Shown here: piece after piece, positions 40,843 through 50,149 of the stretch
Layout: every line of letters starts with the position of its first letter
How positions within the stretch are numbered: the stretch's first letter is position 1
NCBI GenBank assembly: GCA_963665125.2
Contig: CAXXUK010000001.1
Span: 3,200,001-3,264,000, forward strand
Origin: an uncultured Desulfarculus sp.
GTDB taxonomy: Bacteria; Desulfobacterota; Desulfarculia; Desulfarculales; Desulfarculaceae
Direction of reading: 5' to 3'
Length of the DNA: 64,000 nucleotides
Position numbers and translations under genes: made by a program
Notes under the pieces: generated by a model
What the model saw: the letters and a program-made list of their open reading frames with translations, nothing else
Told to the model about the DNA's origin: nothing
Databases searched by the model: none

Positions 40843-41565
40843 CTAAATATCGAACCCCACTTCCACGAAGAAGCCGCCGGGCTTTATGTTCATGTCGGTG
40901 TCCGTCGCGTTGTTGGATGATTTGTCGTCCTCCAGGGTCAGGTAGTGGTAACCCGCGCCGATGAAGAAAAACTCGGTGAACGGATAGACCTCCACCTTGG
41001 CCAGGCAGTCGAAGGTCTTCTGGTCGCTGACCGACCAGCCCCGCAGTTCAAGGCCGAGGGCCAGCCAATTGATGGGCTCCACCCTGGCGCCTGCATAAAC
41101 AAAGGGCATGACCTTGTTGTCGGCCAGGTTGCCGGTGAACGAATGGATGTCCACATCGCCGTCATAGAAACGGCCGCCCAGGCCAAAGGTGACATCCAGG
41201 ATGTCGTTGCTCAGGGTGCGGATCATGGGCACATGCCAATAGAGCGTGGCGTCGAAGATCTTCAGGTCGATGCTGCTATTGAGCCTGCCGTCGTCGAACT
41301 TCACCGTGTTGTAGTCGAGCTTGATATCCGGCACGATGGGCAGTGGATGCTCCAGCCGGGCCCACAGGCTAAGGTTGGCCTTGTCGCCGAAGTTGAAGTC
41401 CGAGTCCAGGTCCACGTTTTCGATATCGCCGCCGGGCTGCAGGTACCAGACCCCAACCGCGCCGGAAAAGTTGAATCCGGCCGGTCCGGCAGTTGCCGCC
41501 AAGGGCGCAAGGCACAGCGTCAAAACAGTCAGCAGGCTGAGGGTGTGTCGCATAATCTTTTTCAT
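40843..41565 (-). CDS. Outer membrane beta-barrel protein (TIGR04219-like)
   Basis: Signal peptide, EHPLPIVPDIKL, DATLYW, alternating beta strands at the C-terminus. Confidence 0.75.
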   Translation of the reverse strand: MKKIMRHTLSLLTVLTLCLAPLAATAGPAGFNFSGAVGVWYLQPGGDIENVDLDSDFNFGDKANLSLWARLEHPLPIVPDIKLDYNTVKFDDGRLNSSIDLKIFDATLYWHVPMIRTLSNDILDVTFGLGGRFYDGDVDIHSFTGNLADNKVMPFVYAGARVEPINWLALGLELRGWSVSDQKTFDCLAKVEVYPFTEFFFIGAGYHYLTLEDDKSSNNATDTDMNIKPGGFFVEVGFDI

Positions 41566-41755
41566 GATTCGCCGCCTTTGCACTTAAAAATTTATTTGCC
41601 GACAGTGACAATCGGCCACCACGCCAAAATGAATGGGAATACTAAACCATTGGCCAGCCTTGGTCAAACCGGCCAAAGCCCCGGATACGGGAGCAGGGGC
41701 TATCTTCCGCCCTGCCGGGCCCGCCAACGCCCTTCCGGGTTCCGCCCCTATGCCA

Positions 41756-42178
41756 TCATTGCCTTGCCAAATGAACGACTTTGTTCATTGACTTGAAAGG
41801 CAGATGATGTCTTACCTCGGTGAGCGCCAGTTCTCGGCCCTTGTCCGAAAAGCCCACCAGGAACAAATCCTTGATCCGGTCAGGTTTTTCGGCGCCGAGC
41901 ATGCAGACATACTCCGTGTCGCCGTAGGAAGCCCATTTCCAACGCAGTTGCTCTTTTGTGTCCTTGTTGGTTTTTTCTATCGTGGCCGTGCCGTCCTGCC
42001 TGAAGCTGATGACCAACGGATCAATTGATCTTTCACGCCCCCCGTCGACCCGCTTGACCATTTTCCACGACCCGATCAGGAGCTGTTTGCTATCGGGGCC
42101 GCCGTCCTTGGTGCAGCCCGCGGCCAAAACCAAGGCCATGCAAAGCATAAGGCCGGTAACAGCGGTGACAATTCGCAT
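41756..42178 (-). CDS. Lipoprotein, lipocalin-like
   Basis: Lipobox AAGC; LIGSWK motif. Confidence 0.65.
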   Translation of the reverse strand: MRIVTAVTGLMLCMALVLAAGCTKDGGPDSKQLLIGSWKMVKRVDGGRERSIDPLVISFRQDGTATIEKTNKDTKEQLRWKWASYGDTEYVCMLGAEKPDRIKDLFLVGFSDKGRELALTEVRHHLPFKSMNKVVHLARQ

Positions 42179-42298
42179 TAATCACTCCTGTTCGCTTTGG
42201 TTCACAAGGGTTGAGCCCCTATCGGCATATTAATTTGGAGGGGCCGCCCTTGTCCAGGATCACAAGCGCAGCCCGCTATTTCCAACCATCAACCCTAG

Positions 42299-42491
42299 CA
42301 GGCCGTTGAAATACAGGCTGCTAGGCGGGCCACGGATTCACCCCAACAAGGCTTCGCTTTGCCGGGTACCCCGTTACGGCCCGCCAGTTTGCGCGGTTTT
42401 GTAAAAACAAGCAAACTGAGCGACTTGGCAAAACCACGCTTTTGCCAAGTCGCGGTTGAAAAAGTCTAGGATGGACTTTTTCAACACCCTG
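42299..42491. mobile_element. MITE-like non-autonomous element flanked by CTAG
   Basis: Ends CAGGCCGTTGAAATA and TTTTTCAACACCCTG; CTAG at 42295-98 and 42492-95; several internal hairpins. Confidence 0.7.
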
Positions 42492-43799
42492 CTAGGAGGC
42501 CGCCACCCGGCGATCTCCGCGGGGCTTGCGCCATCCGCCATAGGCCTTTTTACCCTTGGGCTTGAAGCTTTTTTGCCCGGCCGGGCGCTGCCTGGGCTTA
42601 TGCTGCCGGGGCTGGATTTGGGGCAGCCGGTCCATAGCCAGGTGAAAGGGCTGGTCCGTGTCCAGGGGTACGGTCTTGTTGATCAGCTTTTCGATGTCGC
42701 GCAGGAATCCGCGCTCGTCGCGGTCGCAAAACGAGATGGCGATGCCTTCGGCCCCGGCCCGGCCCGTGCGGCCGATGCGGTGCACATAGCTTTCCGGCTC
42801 GTTGGGCAGGTCGTAGTTGATGACATGGGTCACGCCGTCGACATCAATGCCCCTGGCCGCTATGTCGGTGGCCACCAGGACCCGGGCCTTGCCGCTGCGG
42901 AACTTGCCCAGGGCGGATTGGCGGGCGTTCTGTGATTTGTTGCCGTGAATGGCCTCAACGCGGACCTTGGTCTGGGCAAGCTGCTTGGCCACCTTGTCGG
43001 CGCCGTATTTGGTTCGGGTGAAAACCAAAACCCGGCTGGCTTCGCGGTCCTTGAGCAGTTCGTCGAGCAGGGCCCGTTTGTCGAGTTTGGCCACGAACAA
43101 GACCTTCTGGCTGATCTTCTCCACCGGCGTGGCCTGGCTCTTTACCGCGACCTTAATCGGCTCGAAGAGCATGTGGTCGGCCAGTTCGGCCACCTTGGGC
43201 GGCATGGTGGCCGAGAAAAAGGCCGTCTGCCTGCGCACCGGCAGTTCATCGACAATCTTGCCCACATCGGGCAAAAAGCCCATGTCCAGCATACGGTCAG
43301 CTTCGTCGAGGACGAAAAACTTAACTTCATCCAGGTCCAGGTGGCCCCGGCCCATCAAATCGAGCAGGCGGCCCGGCGTGGCCACCAAGACATCAAGGCC
43401 CCGCTCGCAGGCCCGTATCTGGTTGATCATGCCCACGCCGCCGTAGGCCACGGCAATATTAAGGCGCATGTTGCAGCCGTAATCACGGAAGCTGTCGGCC
43501 ACTTGCAGGGCCAGTTCCCTGGTGGGCGCCAAGACGAGGCAACGGGTGGAGCCCCGCCGGGGCCTACTGCGTATTTTACCCAGGTGTTCGAGGATGGGCA
43601 GGGCGAACGCGGCGGTCTTGCCCGTGCCGGTCTGGGCGCAACCCAGGATGTCCCGGCCCGTGAGCATGGGCGTTATAGCCTTTTGCTGAATCGGGGTGGG
43701 CGTCTTGTAGCCGAGTCTGCCGATGGCATTCATCAGAGGACTACAAAGATGAAAATCTTCAAATATTGTTTCGGTCATCAGGTTCTTTCGCCCGCTCAT
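42492..43799 (-). CDS. DEAD-box RNA helicase (RhlE-like); alternative start 43778
   Basis: PTPIQ, AQTGTGKT, PTRELA, TPGR, DEAD, SAT, ARGID, HRIGRTGR. Confidence 0.95.
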   Translation of the reverse strand: MSGRKNLMTETIFEDFHLCSPLMNAIGRLGYKTPTPIQQKAITPMLTGRDILGCAQTGTGKTAAFALPILEHLGKIRSRPRRGSTRCLVLAPTRELALQVADSFRDYGCNMRLNIAVAYGGVGMINQIRACERGLDVLVATPGRLLDLMGRGHLDLDEVKFFVLDEADRMLDMGFLPDVGKIVDELPVRRQTAFFSATMPPKVAELADHMLFEPIKVAVKSQATPVEKISQKVLFVAKLDKRALLDELLKDREASRVLVFTRTKYGADKVAKQLAQTKVRVEAIHGNKSQNARQSALGKFRSGKARVLVATDIAARGIDVDGVTHVINYDLPNEPESYVHRIGRTGRAGAEGIAISFCDRDERGFLRDIEKLINKTVPLDTDQPFHLAMDRLPQIQPRQHKPRQRPAGQKSFKPKGKKAYGGWRKPRGDRRVAAS

Positions 43800-43827
43800 T
43801 TATCGGGCTGTGTTCTCACTTTATATT

Positions 43828-43868
43828 AAAAGCCGATCCCGCCCCGGTTCCCCGGGACGGGATCGGCT
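43828..43868 (-). terminator. Terminator/attenuator between the RRM gene and the helicase
   Basis: Minus strand AGCCGATCCCG...CGGGATCGGCTTTT. Confidence 0.7.
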
Positions 43869-43906
43869 ATCCGGACTTGTATGTTTGGCACTAGGCGGTT
43901 GGTCGC

Positions 43907-44179
43907 CTACCAGGAGCGGCGGGGCTGCCTGCGCTCGCGCTCGTGGGCCTCGTTGACCCGCAGGGCGCGGCCGTCAACTTCGGCTCCATCCAGAGCCCGC
44001 ATGGCCTCTTCGGCTGCCGCACCGTCCATCTCCACAAAACCAAAGCCACGGCTGCGGCCGGTTTCGCGGTCGGTGATGACCCGCGCGGAAAGAACTTCAC
44101 CATGCTGACCGAAGATTTCGGCGAGGGCGTCGTCGCCGACGCTCCAGGGCAGGTTGCCCACAAAAATCTTTTTGCTCAC
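43907..44179 (-). CDS. RRM RNA-binding protein, copy 1
   Basis: RNP2 IFVGNL, RNP1 RGFGFVEM. Confidence 0.95.
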   Translation of the reverse strand: MSKKIFVGNLPWSVGDDALAEIFGQHGEVLSARVITDRETGRSRGFGFVEMDGAAAEEAMRALDGAEVDGRALRVNEAHERERRQPRRSW

Positions 44180-44365
44180 TTTTAACGACTCCCAAAAACA
44201 GTAACACGCTCCTGTGTTTTATCTTGGGTAAACACGGGAGCAAACTCATCCAACGAGCCAAACTTTCAAGCTGAGCTGTGACGCGGCTGCGTCAAACGGA
44301 CTGATGCATGAAGGGCTAATTGGCACATGACATTAATAGATTAGCCTGTCAAACCTGATTGTCAA
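44180..44365 (-). promoter_or_regulatory. Promoter TTGACA-N16-TAATCT plus conserved structured 5' leader, copy 1
   Basis: -35 at 44360-65, -10 at 44338-43; hairpins at 44279-94 and 44208-41. Confidence 0.7.
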
Positions 44366-44445
44366 GCAAAGAAACGATCAATTATTAAAAAACCAGGGCT
44401 TGTGGGGCGATTCAAGGTTCCGATCCGGCCCGGTGGAAATAATGA

Positions 44446-44483
44446 GCCGATACCGCTTTCATGATTTTGGAAGCGGTATCGGC
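44446..44483 (-). terminator. Terminator-like hairpin after RRM copy 2
   Basis: GCCGATACCGCTT...AAGCGGTATCGGC; weak U tract. Confidence 0.6.
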
Positions 44484-44518
44484 CACAGAGCTTACATCCA
44501 GCTCACGTCAGGTAAAAC

Positions 44519-44794
44519 CTACCAGGAGCGGCGGGGCGGCCTGCTTTCGCGTTCGTTGGCCTCGTTGACCCGCAGGGCGCGGCCGTCAATATCAGCGCCG
44601 TCCAGGGCGCGCATGGCTTCTTTGACGGCAGCGGCATCGTCCATCTCGACAAAACCAAAACCGCGGCTACGGCCGGTCTCACGGTCGGTGATGACCCGCG
44701 CGGAAATGACTTCACCATGCTCACTGAACAGGCCGGCGAGAGCGTTGTCATCAACGCTCCAGGGCAGGTTGCCCACAAAAATCTTCTTGCTCAC
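44519..44794 (-). CDS. RRM RNA-binding protein, copy 2
   Basis: RNP motifs; GTG start with GGAG RBS. Confidence 0.95.
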   Translation of the reverse strand: MSKKIFVGNLPWSVDDNALAGLFSEHGEVISARVITDRETGRSRGFGFVEMDDAAAVKEAMRALDGADIDGRALRVNEANERESRPPRRSW

Positions 44795-44975
44795 TATACT
44801 TAACTCCAAAAAACGGTACTACTCCCCCGAGCTTTTAGCGCCCGTGGGGCGAATTTATCCAAAGAGCCGAACTTTCAATCAGTACATGTGACGCGTTAGC
44901 GCCAAAGGAACGGATATGCATGAAAGGCTGATTGGCACACAGAGTATAGATTATCCCACCCACCTCAATTGTCAA
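44795..44975 (-). promoter_or_regulatory. Promoter plus conserved structured leader, copy 2
   Basis: -35 at 44970-75, -10 at 44948-53; hairpin at 44889-904. Confidence 0.7.
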
Positions 44976-45044
44976 GGGGAGAAGCGATAAAATCCTACAA
45001 AACCAGGGTTTGTTGGGCAATTTACCCGTAATAGCCGGCCTGAT

Positions 45045-45091
45045 AAAAAAGAGCCGGTACCACTTCCAGGTTATTTGGAAGCGATACCGGC
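45045..45091 (-). terminator. Intrinsic terminator after RRM copy 3
   Basis: Minus strand GCCGGTATCGCTTCC...GGAAGTGGTACCGGCTCTTTTTT. Confidence 0.75.
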
Positions 45092-45125
45092 CACAGAGCT
45101 TATATCCGGCTCACGGCATGCATCC

Positions 45126-45401
45126 CTATCGGGGGCGGCGAGGCGGCCTGCTTTCGCGTTCGTTGGCCTCGTTGACCCGCAGGGCGCGGCCGTCAACTTC
45201 GGCGCCGTCCAGAGCGCGCATGGCTTCCTTGGCGGCACCGCCATCTTTCATCTCGACAAAACCGAAACCGCGGCTGCGGCCGGTCTCGCGGTCGGTGATG
45301 ACCCGCGCGGAAATGACTTCACCATGCTCATTGAACAGGTCGGCGAGAACGTTGTCATCAACGCTCCAGGGCAGGTTGCCCACAAAAATCTTCTTGCTCA
45401 C
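45126..45401 (-). CDS. RRM RNA-binding protein, copy 3
   Basis: RNP motifs. Confidence 0.95.
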   Translation of the reverse strand: MSKKIFVGNLPWSVDDNVLADLFNEHGEVISARVITDRETGRSRGFGFVEMKDGGAAKEAMRALDGAEVDGRALRVNEANERESRPPRRPR

Positions 45402-45584
45402 TTTTCTTAACTCCCAATAACGGTACTACTCCCCCACTTGTGTTTCTCCTGTGGGGTGAAGTTGTCCAATGAGCCGAACTTTCAATCTGTTCTTGTGACG
45501 TTTATACGCCAAACGGACCGATATGCACGAAGGGCTGATTGGAACACAGCGATCATAGATTAATCCGTTGTTGCTGTTTGTCAA
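45402..45584 (-). promoter_or_regulatory. Promoter plus conserved structured leader, copy 3
   Basis: -35 at 45579-84, -10 at 45557-62; hairpin at 45496-511. Confidence 0.7.
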
Positions 45585-45700
45585 TGGGCGGATTGAAAAA
45601 ACCTTAAAAGTCGACGCGTTTTTCGGGATTTTTAATCCTTCAAACCGTTAAGGCCTTCTCCGCATGTGTAAAAGGGGCCATCCGGCATATGGCCTCCTGT

Positions 45701-46600
45701 CTACTTGACCAACAGTGTCTTAAGGTGGTTCCAGTCGATATTTTTTACAATATCCGCGGCGCGGTCATCGCTGGCTTGGATTTCCACCACAATGGTGTGC
45801 ACGGCCGTGTGCGGGCCAGGGACTTCTTCCGGTGACTCTAGGTAGTGGTTATCGCCGTCGCTGACCTCTTTCCAGCCTTTGCCCAACAGCACCGTGGTGA
45901 CGCCGTGTTCGGAAACCTCACCGGTGTATTGGTCTTCCCCAGGCGCTCTAAAGACTAACTTGATGCCGTCCAGCACCGGCAGGCGCTTCACGTTTTCAGG
46001 CAATGCGACATTGAAAAAGTTGAATTGTACCGAGATCATGGCTCCGATGTCCTGTACGGCGGTTCGGGCCATCATTTCCTCCACGCCGCTGGCCTTGGTC
46101 TCCATCCGCGCATTCAGTTTTTCGGCGACTTGCTCCATTTGCTTTTGTATCTTTTGGGTCTCAGCATAGTCCCCGCGTTCGGCCGCCTTGCCCGCCTGTG
46201 CGGCCAGCGCTTCTATCTGCTTGATCAGGGCCTCGTCGCCAGTGTCGGTTGTCATTGTGGCGGCGGCGCTTTCCAGCAATTTTCCCCGCTGGGCCTCCAT
46301 TTTGTCATGGGCCGGTCTGTTGAGCCATTCGGCATTGTATGTAATACTATACGGGCCGTCCTCCAAACCAACGACCACACGGTCGGGAGCGTCCAGCTCC
46401 GTCTGAAAAACGACTTCCCATCCGGGCGGTGGCGAAGGTATCGCCTTGTTGGCCGCGCCTACCACCTTGCTGTAGAACGCCCGCTCCTGGGCCGTCGCCA
46501 GCCGAGTCGAACCGTCGGCCCTGGCACTTTCGATTTGACCCGGTAAAAGCAAACAGAACATTGCCGCCGCAACCAAGCCATATACCCGTAAAGCCCTCAT
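45701..46600 (-). CDS. Secreted hypothetical protein
   Basis: Signal peptide, central coiled coil; GGAG RBS. Confidence 0.65.
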   Translation of the reverse strand: MRALRVYGLVAAAMFCLLLPGQIESARADGSTRLATAQERAFYSKVVGAANKAIPSPPPGWEVVFQTELDAPDRVVVGLEDGPYSITYNAEWLNRPAHDKMEAQRGKLLESAAATMTTDTGDEALIKQIEALAAQAGKAAERGDYAETQKIQKQMEQVAEKLNARMETKASGVEEMMARTAVQDIGAMISVQFNFFNVALPENVKRLPVLDGIKLVFRAPGEDQYTGEVSEHGVTTVLLGKGWKEVSDGDNHYLESPEEVPGPHTAVHTIVVEIQASDDRAADIVKNIDWNHLKTLLVK

Positions 46601-46884
46601 GGTGCTATTGCTCCAATTTCAAGTTCGTTACGATCCTCCTGGGATGGATTTTCATAATCCAACCCAAGACGAAAGTCACTACTTTTAAATGAGAGGAAAA
46701 AAGAAATTTTAGGCGGTTGTCGGCAGTTTCTCGGGCAGCCATTATTTTAGACATTCTATTCAGTTGGGCCCTTATTCTTCGTATTGGCTTTTGCTTAATG
46801 ATCAACTGGCCCACCAGGGGAGATTATGCCGCAGCTGGCTTCAACCAAACCTCGGAAACCCTGCCTGGCCGGCATTCCGCAAAG

Positions 46885-46918
46885 AAAAAGGCCCGCAAAA
46901 TAAAATTCGCGAGCCTTT
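46885..46918 (-). terminator. Probable native terminator of the tRNA-Phe locus
   Basis: Minus strand AAAGGCTCGC...GCGGGCCTTTTT immediately 3' of the CCA end. Confidence 0.7.
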
Positions 46919-46926
46919 AATATTAC

Positions 46927-46975
46927 TGGTGCCGAGGGACGGAGTTGAACCGCCGACACGGGGATTTTCAGTCCC
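46927..46975 (-). repeat. 3' fragment of tRNA-Phe(GAA), island att site (not an intact tRNA)
   Basis: Minus strand GGGACTGAAAATCCCCGTGTCGGCGGTTCAACTCCGTCCCTCGGCACCA; D-arm and 5' acceptor strand absent. Confidence 0.9.
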
Positions 46976-47101
46976 ACCTGGCAGGGCGCGCAACGCTTCC
47001 TAATGACTGACAAAACACGTTGTAATGTCAAACGGTTATCCGCGATATAGCATGGCCAAAATGACCCTGTTTGTCCCCCCTTAACCCTGCATATCGTACA
47101 T

Positions 47102-47123
47102 AAAAGTTCAGAAAAAGTTCAGA
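47102..47123 (+). repeat. Tandem AAAAGTTCAGA x2, candidate integrase arm-type sites
   Basis: Perfect 11-bp tandem about 130 bp inside the att core; identical at 58217..58238. Confidence 0.55.
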
Positions 47124-47303
47124 ACGGGCTGCGGGCTGAGCAAGAGACTACATAGCGAATGCAGCATAACTTGCGGTGCCGTCACCTGTTCGAGTTTAGC
47201 AAAATTCAGCCGACCCCCTTTGATGAGTTATATCTCTGATGGCGTGTTGGACATGGTTTAAGCCATAGCGTATACTATGTGTACATTGTAATGGAGAGTA
47301 TAC

Positions 47304-47543
47304 ATGGGTACGGTGACTGCAAGGATTCCTGAAGATATTGCCTCCAGCTTGGATGACTTGGCAGCGTCCACAAAACGAAGCAAGTCGTTTCTGGTGGCGG
47401 AAGCTATAAGGGTATATCTGGAGACCCATGCATGGCAGGTTTCCCGCACGATGGATAGCCTAGCACAGGCTGACAATGGCCAATTCGCGAGTCAGGAACA
47501 AGTAAAGGATGCTTTTGAGAAGTTGGGCCTAAAACTTGACTAA
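47304..47543 (+). CDS. CopG/RHH-family antitoxin
   Basis: TVTARIP...LDDLA...RSKSFLVAEAI. Confidence 0.88.
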   Translation: MGTVTARIPEDIASSLDDLAASTKRSKSFLVAEAIRVYLETHAWQVSRTMDSLAQADNGQFASQEQVKDAFEKLGLKLD

Positions 47544-47829
47544 ATCCCTGGCGATATTCTGGACGATCAACGCACTGAATGATTTGGGTTGTCTGCGACG
47601 TTACCTTGCGGATCAGGCTGGGCCAGCGATCATGCAATCAGAAGCCAGACGCATCTGGGACTCTGTGGCAAGATTGGCCGAATTTCCGGCCAGTGGTCGA
47701 CCTGGGAGGGTTCCGGGCACCAGAGAGCTTATTGTGCCGCCGTATGTACTCCCATATAGAGTGCGTGATGGCCGGGTTGAGATTCTGGACCTATTCCACT
47801 CGGCGCAGAATTGGGAGTTGAAGGAATAG
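47536..47829 (+). CDS. RelE/ParE-family toxin
   Basis: WTINALNDL, FPASGRPGRVPGTRELI, EILDLFH; overlaps the antitoxin gene. Confidence 0.88.
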   Translation: MTKSLAIFWTINALNDLGCLRRYLADQAGPAIMQSEARRIWDSVARLAEFPASGRPGRVPGTRELIVPPYVLPYRVRDGRVEILDLFHSAQNWELKE

Positions 47830-47933
47830 CCAGGGTGCCTGGCTGTTGTTGGCAAGGACGTTGTTCACACTTATCAATCTTTTGTCCATCGGCCTCATTT
47901 GTTACAATATGGATGTCTTCAAAAGGATGTGCC

Positions 47934-48253
47934 ATGGAAACGCCCAAATCCGAACCGGAATCCAAGCCCGTTTTGGATGAAATCAAGTCCAAGGCCATAC
48001 CCATTTTGAAGCGGCATGGCGTGGTGCGGGCCTCTGTTTTCGGATCGGTGGCCAGGGGCGATGCCGGGCCTGACAGCGACGTTGATTTCCTGATTGACGT
48101 AGGCGACAACCCCATGTCTCTTTTTGGGCTGCAACGCCTTGAAGACGAATTGGCGGCCAAACTGGGCCGCAAAATCGACCTGGCTTTTTATGACTGCATC
48201 AAAAAAAAAGAATCCGCGATAAAGTCCTCAGTCAGCAAGTAGCCGTGCTATGA
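47934..48253 (+). pseudogene. MNT nucleotidyltransferase antitoxin, frameshifted near the 3' end
   Basis: FGSVARG...SDVD; A9 run at 48201-09 versus A7 in copy 2. Confidence 0.8.
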
Positions 48254-48494
48254 CCCGCGACCCCCTGCTGTACATTGATGACATTATTGAAAGCATAGAC
48301 GCTATTATTTCCCATCTGGATGATATGAGCTAGCAGGACTTTTGCGATTCCATTGGCACGAAATGATCGGCATGCGTAACCGCCTTGTCCATGACTACAT
48401 CAAAATCAGGCTAAAAACGCTCTGGGAAACTGCTCGAGATGATTTCCCCGGCCTGCGGCTACAGCTTGAATCTCTGCTTAAAAAAGAAGAGTAG
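48250..48494 (+). pseudogene. HEPN/DUF86 (HepT-like) toxin pseudogene
   Basis: MTRDPLLYIDDII..., TAG at 48331, internal deletion, then WHEMIGMRNRLVHDY (RX4H) in another frame. Confidence 0.82.
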
Positions 48495-48506
48495 CAACCG
48501 CCCCAT

Positions 48507-48636
48507 ATGGGCTATCAAAATCCTCTGACGCCCAACCGATTGTTTGGCGTATCTGTGGTTCTCAACCATCCATCCCTTTGAGGATGGTAATGTCCGTATT
48601 ACCCGCGCCAGGTCAAAGTGGTCAAGCGGGTGTTGG
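48507..48636 (+). pseudogene. Collapsed relic of a DUF4172-type Fic gene
   Basis: Three fused segments resembling parts of 61360..62472 (GYxNPLTPNRLFG; WFxTIHPFEDGN; QVKVVKR). Confidence 0.65.
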
Positions 48637-48639
48637 GTC

Positions 48640-49818
48640 CTATAAGGGCTCGGTCTCCAAACCTTGATTCAATATTTCTATGTATCGCTTGTAGCTGAAA
48701 ATACGATTTCTCTTCTGCTTGGTCAGTTCATTGATAATGCCGAGGTTAATGAGGTGCGCCAGGCATTTGTTGACCGTGGCTGCCGTGAGTCCGACTCGCT
48801 CTACCAAGGAACCGGCGGTTGCTATGGGCTGCTTGGTCAACTCGTGATGTATTTTAAGCGTGGAGGCGGAGGCCCGGCCCAGCCCTTTGATTTGTTCTTG
48901 ATCCTGCTTGGCCAAATCCGCTAGCTGCTGTGCGGTTTCCACGGCTTGGTTAGCTGTATAAATCACCGCTTCAGAGAAAAAATCCAGCCAAGCCTCCCAA
49001 TCTCCCGTCAGTCGAACGTTGTTGAGCAGTTCATAGTAATATTGCCGGTGCGTCTTGAAATAAAGGCTGAGGTAGAGCATCGGTTCGCTCAGCACCTTTT
49101 GATCGCACAGAAGCAGCGTTATAAGTAGACGACCCAGACGGCCGTTGCCGTCCAGGAAGGGGTGGATAGTCTCGAACTGCACATGGGCCAGGGCCGCCTT
49201 GAGCAGGACAGGCGTGGCTTCGGGCTGGTCGTGTAGAAACATTTCCAGCTGGCCCATGCACTCCATGACGTCCTCGGGTGGCGGTGGCACAAAAGCGGCG
49301 TTGCCGGGACGGGTGCCGCCAATCCAGTTTTGACTGCGGCGGAACTCGCCGGGAGTCTGATTGCCACCCCGTCCCTTGAAAAGAAGTACACCATGGATTT
49401 CCTTGAACAGACGAAGAGACAAGGGCAGGCCTTGCTTAAGAAGGCGCAGACCATGCTCCAGGGCCGCAACATAGTTGCTGACCTCACGGGCGTCTTCCAG
49501 GGGGACGCCGGGTTCTTGGTCAATCTCAAACAAGAGCAGGTCGGACAGCGACGACTGGGTGCCCTCTATCATGGAGGACAGCACGGCCTCCTTGCGGACA
49601 TACATGTACAGGAAAAGTGAGGTCTCGGGCAGTAATCGGCACACGCTGTCCAGACGGCCCAAGGCCAGAAGGGCTTGGTCGAACTTGTCTCTTAAATTTG
49701 GAGGCCAGTCTATGGGCGGATGTGGTGGCAACGGCGCTGGGATAAAAGCTTGCACTTTCTCGCCCACGGTGGTGATCGTTTTGTAATGCCCCTGGATTTT
49801 TCGCTTCATACCTGGCAC
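48640..49818 (-). CDS. Fic-family protein (class II-type) with C-terminal HTH, copy 1
   Basis: SSMIEG inhibitory motif; HPFLDGNGRLGR. Confidence 0.92.
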   Translation of the reverse strand: MPGMKRKIQGHYKTITTVGEKVQAFIPAPLPPHPPIDWPPNLRDKFDQALLALGRLDSVCRLLPETSLFLYMYVRKEAVLSSMIEGTQSSLSDLLLFEIDQEPGVPLEDAREVSNYVAALEHGLRLLKQGLPLSLRLFKEIHGVLLFKGRGGNQTPGEFRRSQNWIGGTRPGNAAFVPPPPEDVMECMGQLEMFLHDQPEATPVLLKAALAHVQFETIHPFLDGNGRLGRLLITLLLCDQKVLSEPMLYLSLYFKTHRQYYYELLNNVRLTGDWEAWLDFFSEAVIYTANQAVETAQQLADLAKQDQEQIKGLGRASASTLKIHHELTKQPIATAGSLVERVGLTAATVNKCLAHLINLGIINELTKQKRNRIFSYKRYIEILNQGLETEPL

Positions 49819-50084
49819 CTGAATCCTAAATTATGGCTTGCAGTTATTTTAGGTTAAATGGATATCGTAAATCAAGCCGGTGCATGGCGCTGTGTGAATG
49901 GCGGAGTAAACATGACCGGCCAAATCATCCTTAATCAAGCCGCCATACTGTCCAACAAATGGGGTCCACCGCTGGGAATAACACATTCCTTAAGTGTGGA
50001 GTACAGATCAGGACGAGACCGCACCGCCAAGGCAAAACAAAAAAGGCTCACGATCCATCAGGCCGTAAACCCTTGAAATCATTA

Positions 50085-50149
50085 TGGCGGAAGTGCATGG
50101 GAATCGAACCCACCTACCGCCTTACTCAGACGGTACACCGGATTTGAAG
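50085..50149 (-). repeat. 3' fragment of tRNA-Sec (selC-like att site; not an intact tRNA)
   Basis: Minus strand CTTCAAA loop (UCA anticodon), long variable arm TACCGTC-TGAGTAA-GGCGGTA, TGGGTTCGATTCCCA, GCACTTCC-GCCA; 5' half absent. Confidence 0.88.

Larger units (their letters stand above)
46965..49910. repeat. ~2.9-kb direct repeat, copy 1 (att arm + TA + MNT/HEPN + Fic)
   Basis: Collinear and highly similar to 58080..60975, with scattered substitutions and different deletions. Confidence 0.93.

Noticed and set aside
46927..47002. Intact tRNA-Phe
   Set aside because: There is no 5' acceptor strand or D-arm; only the anticodon arm to CCA is present.
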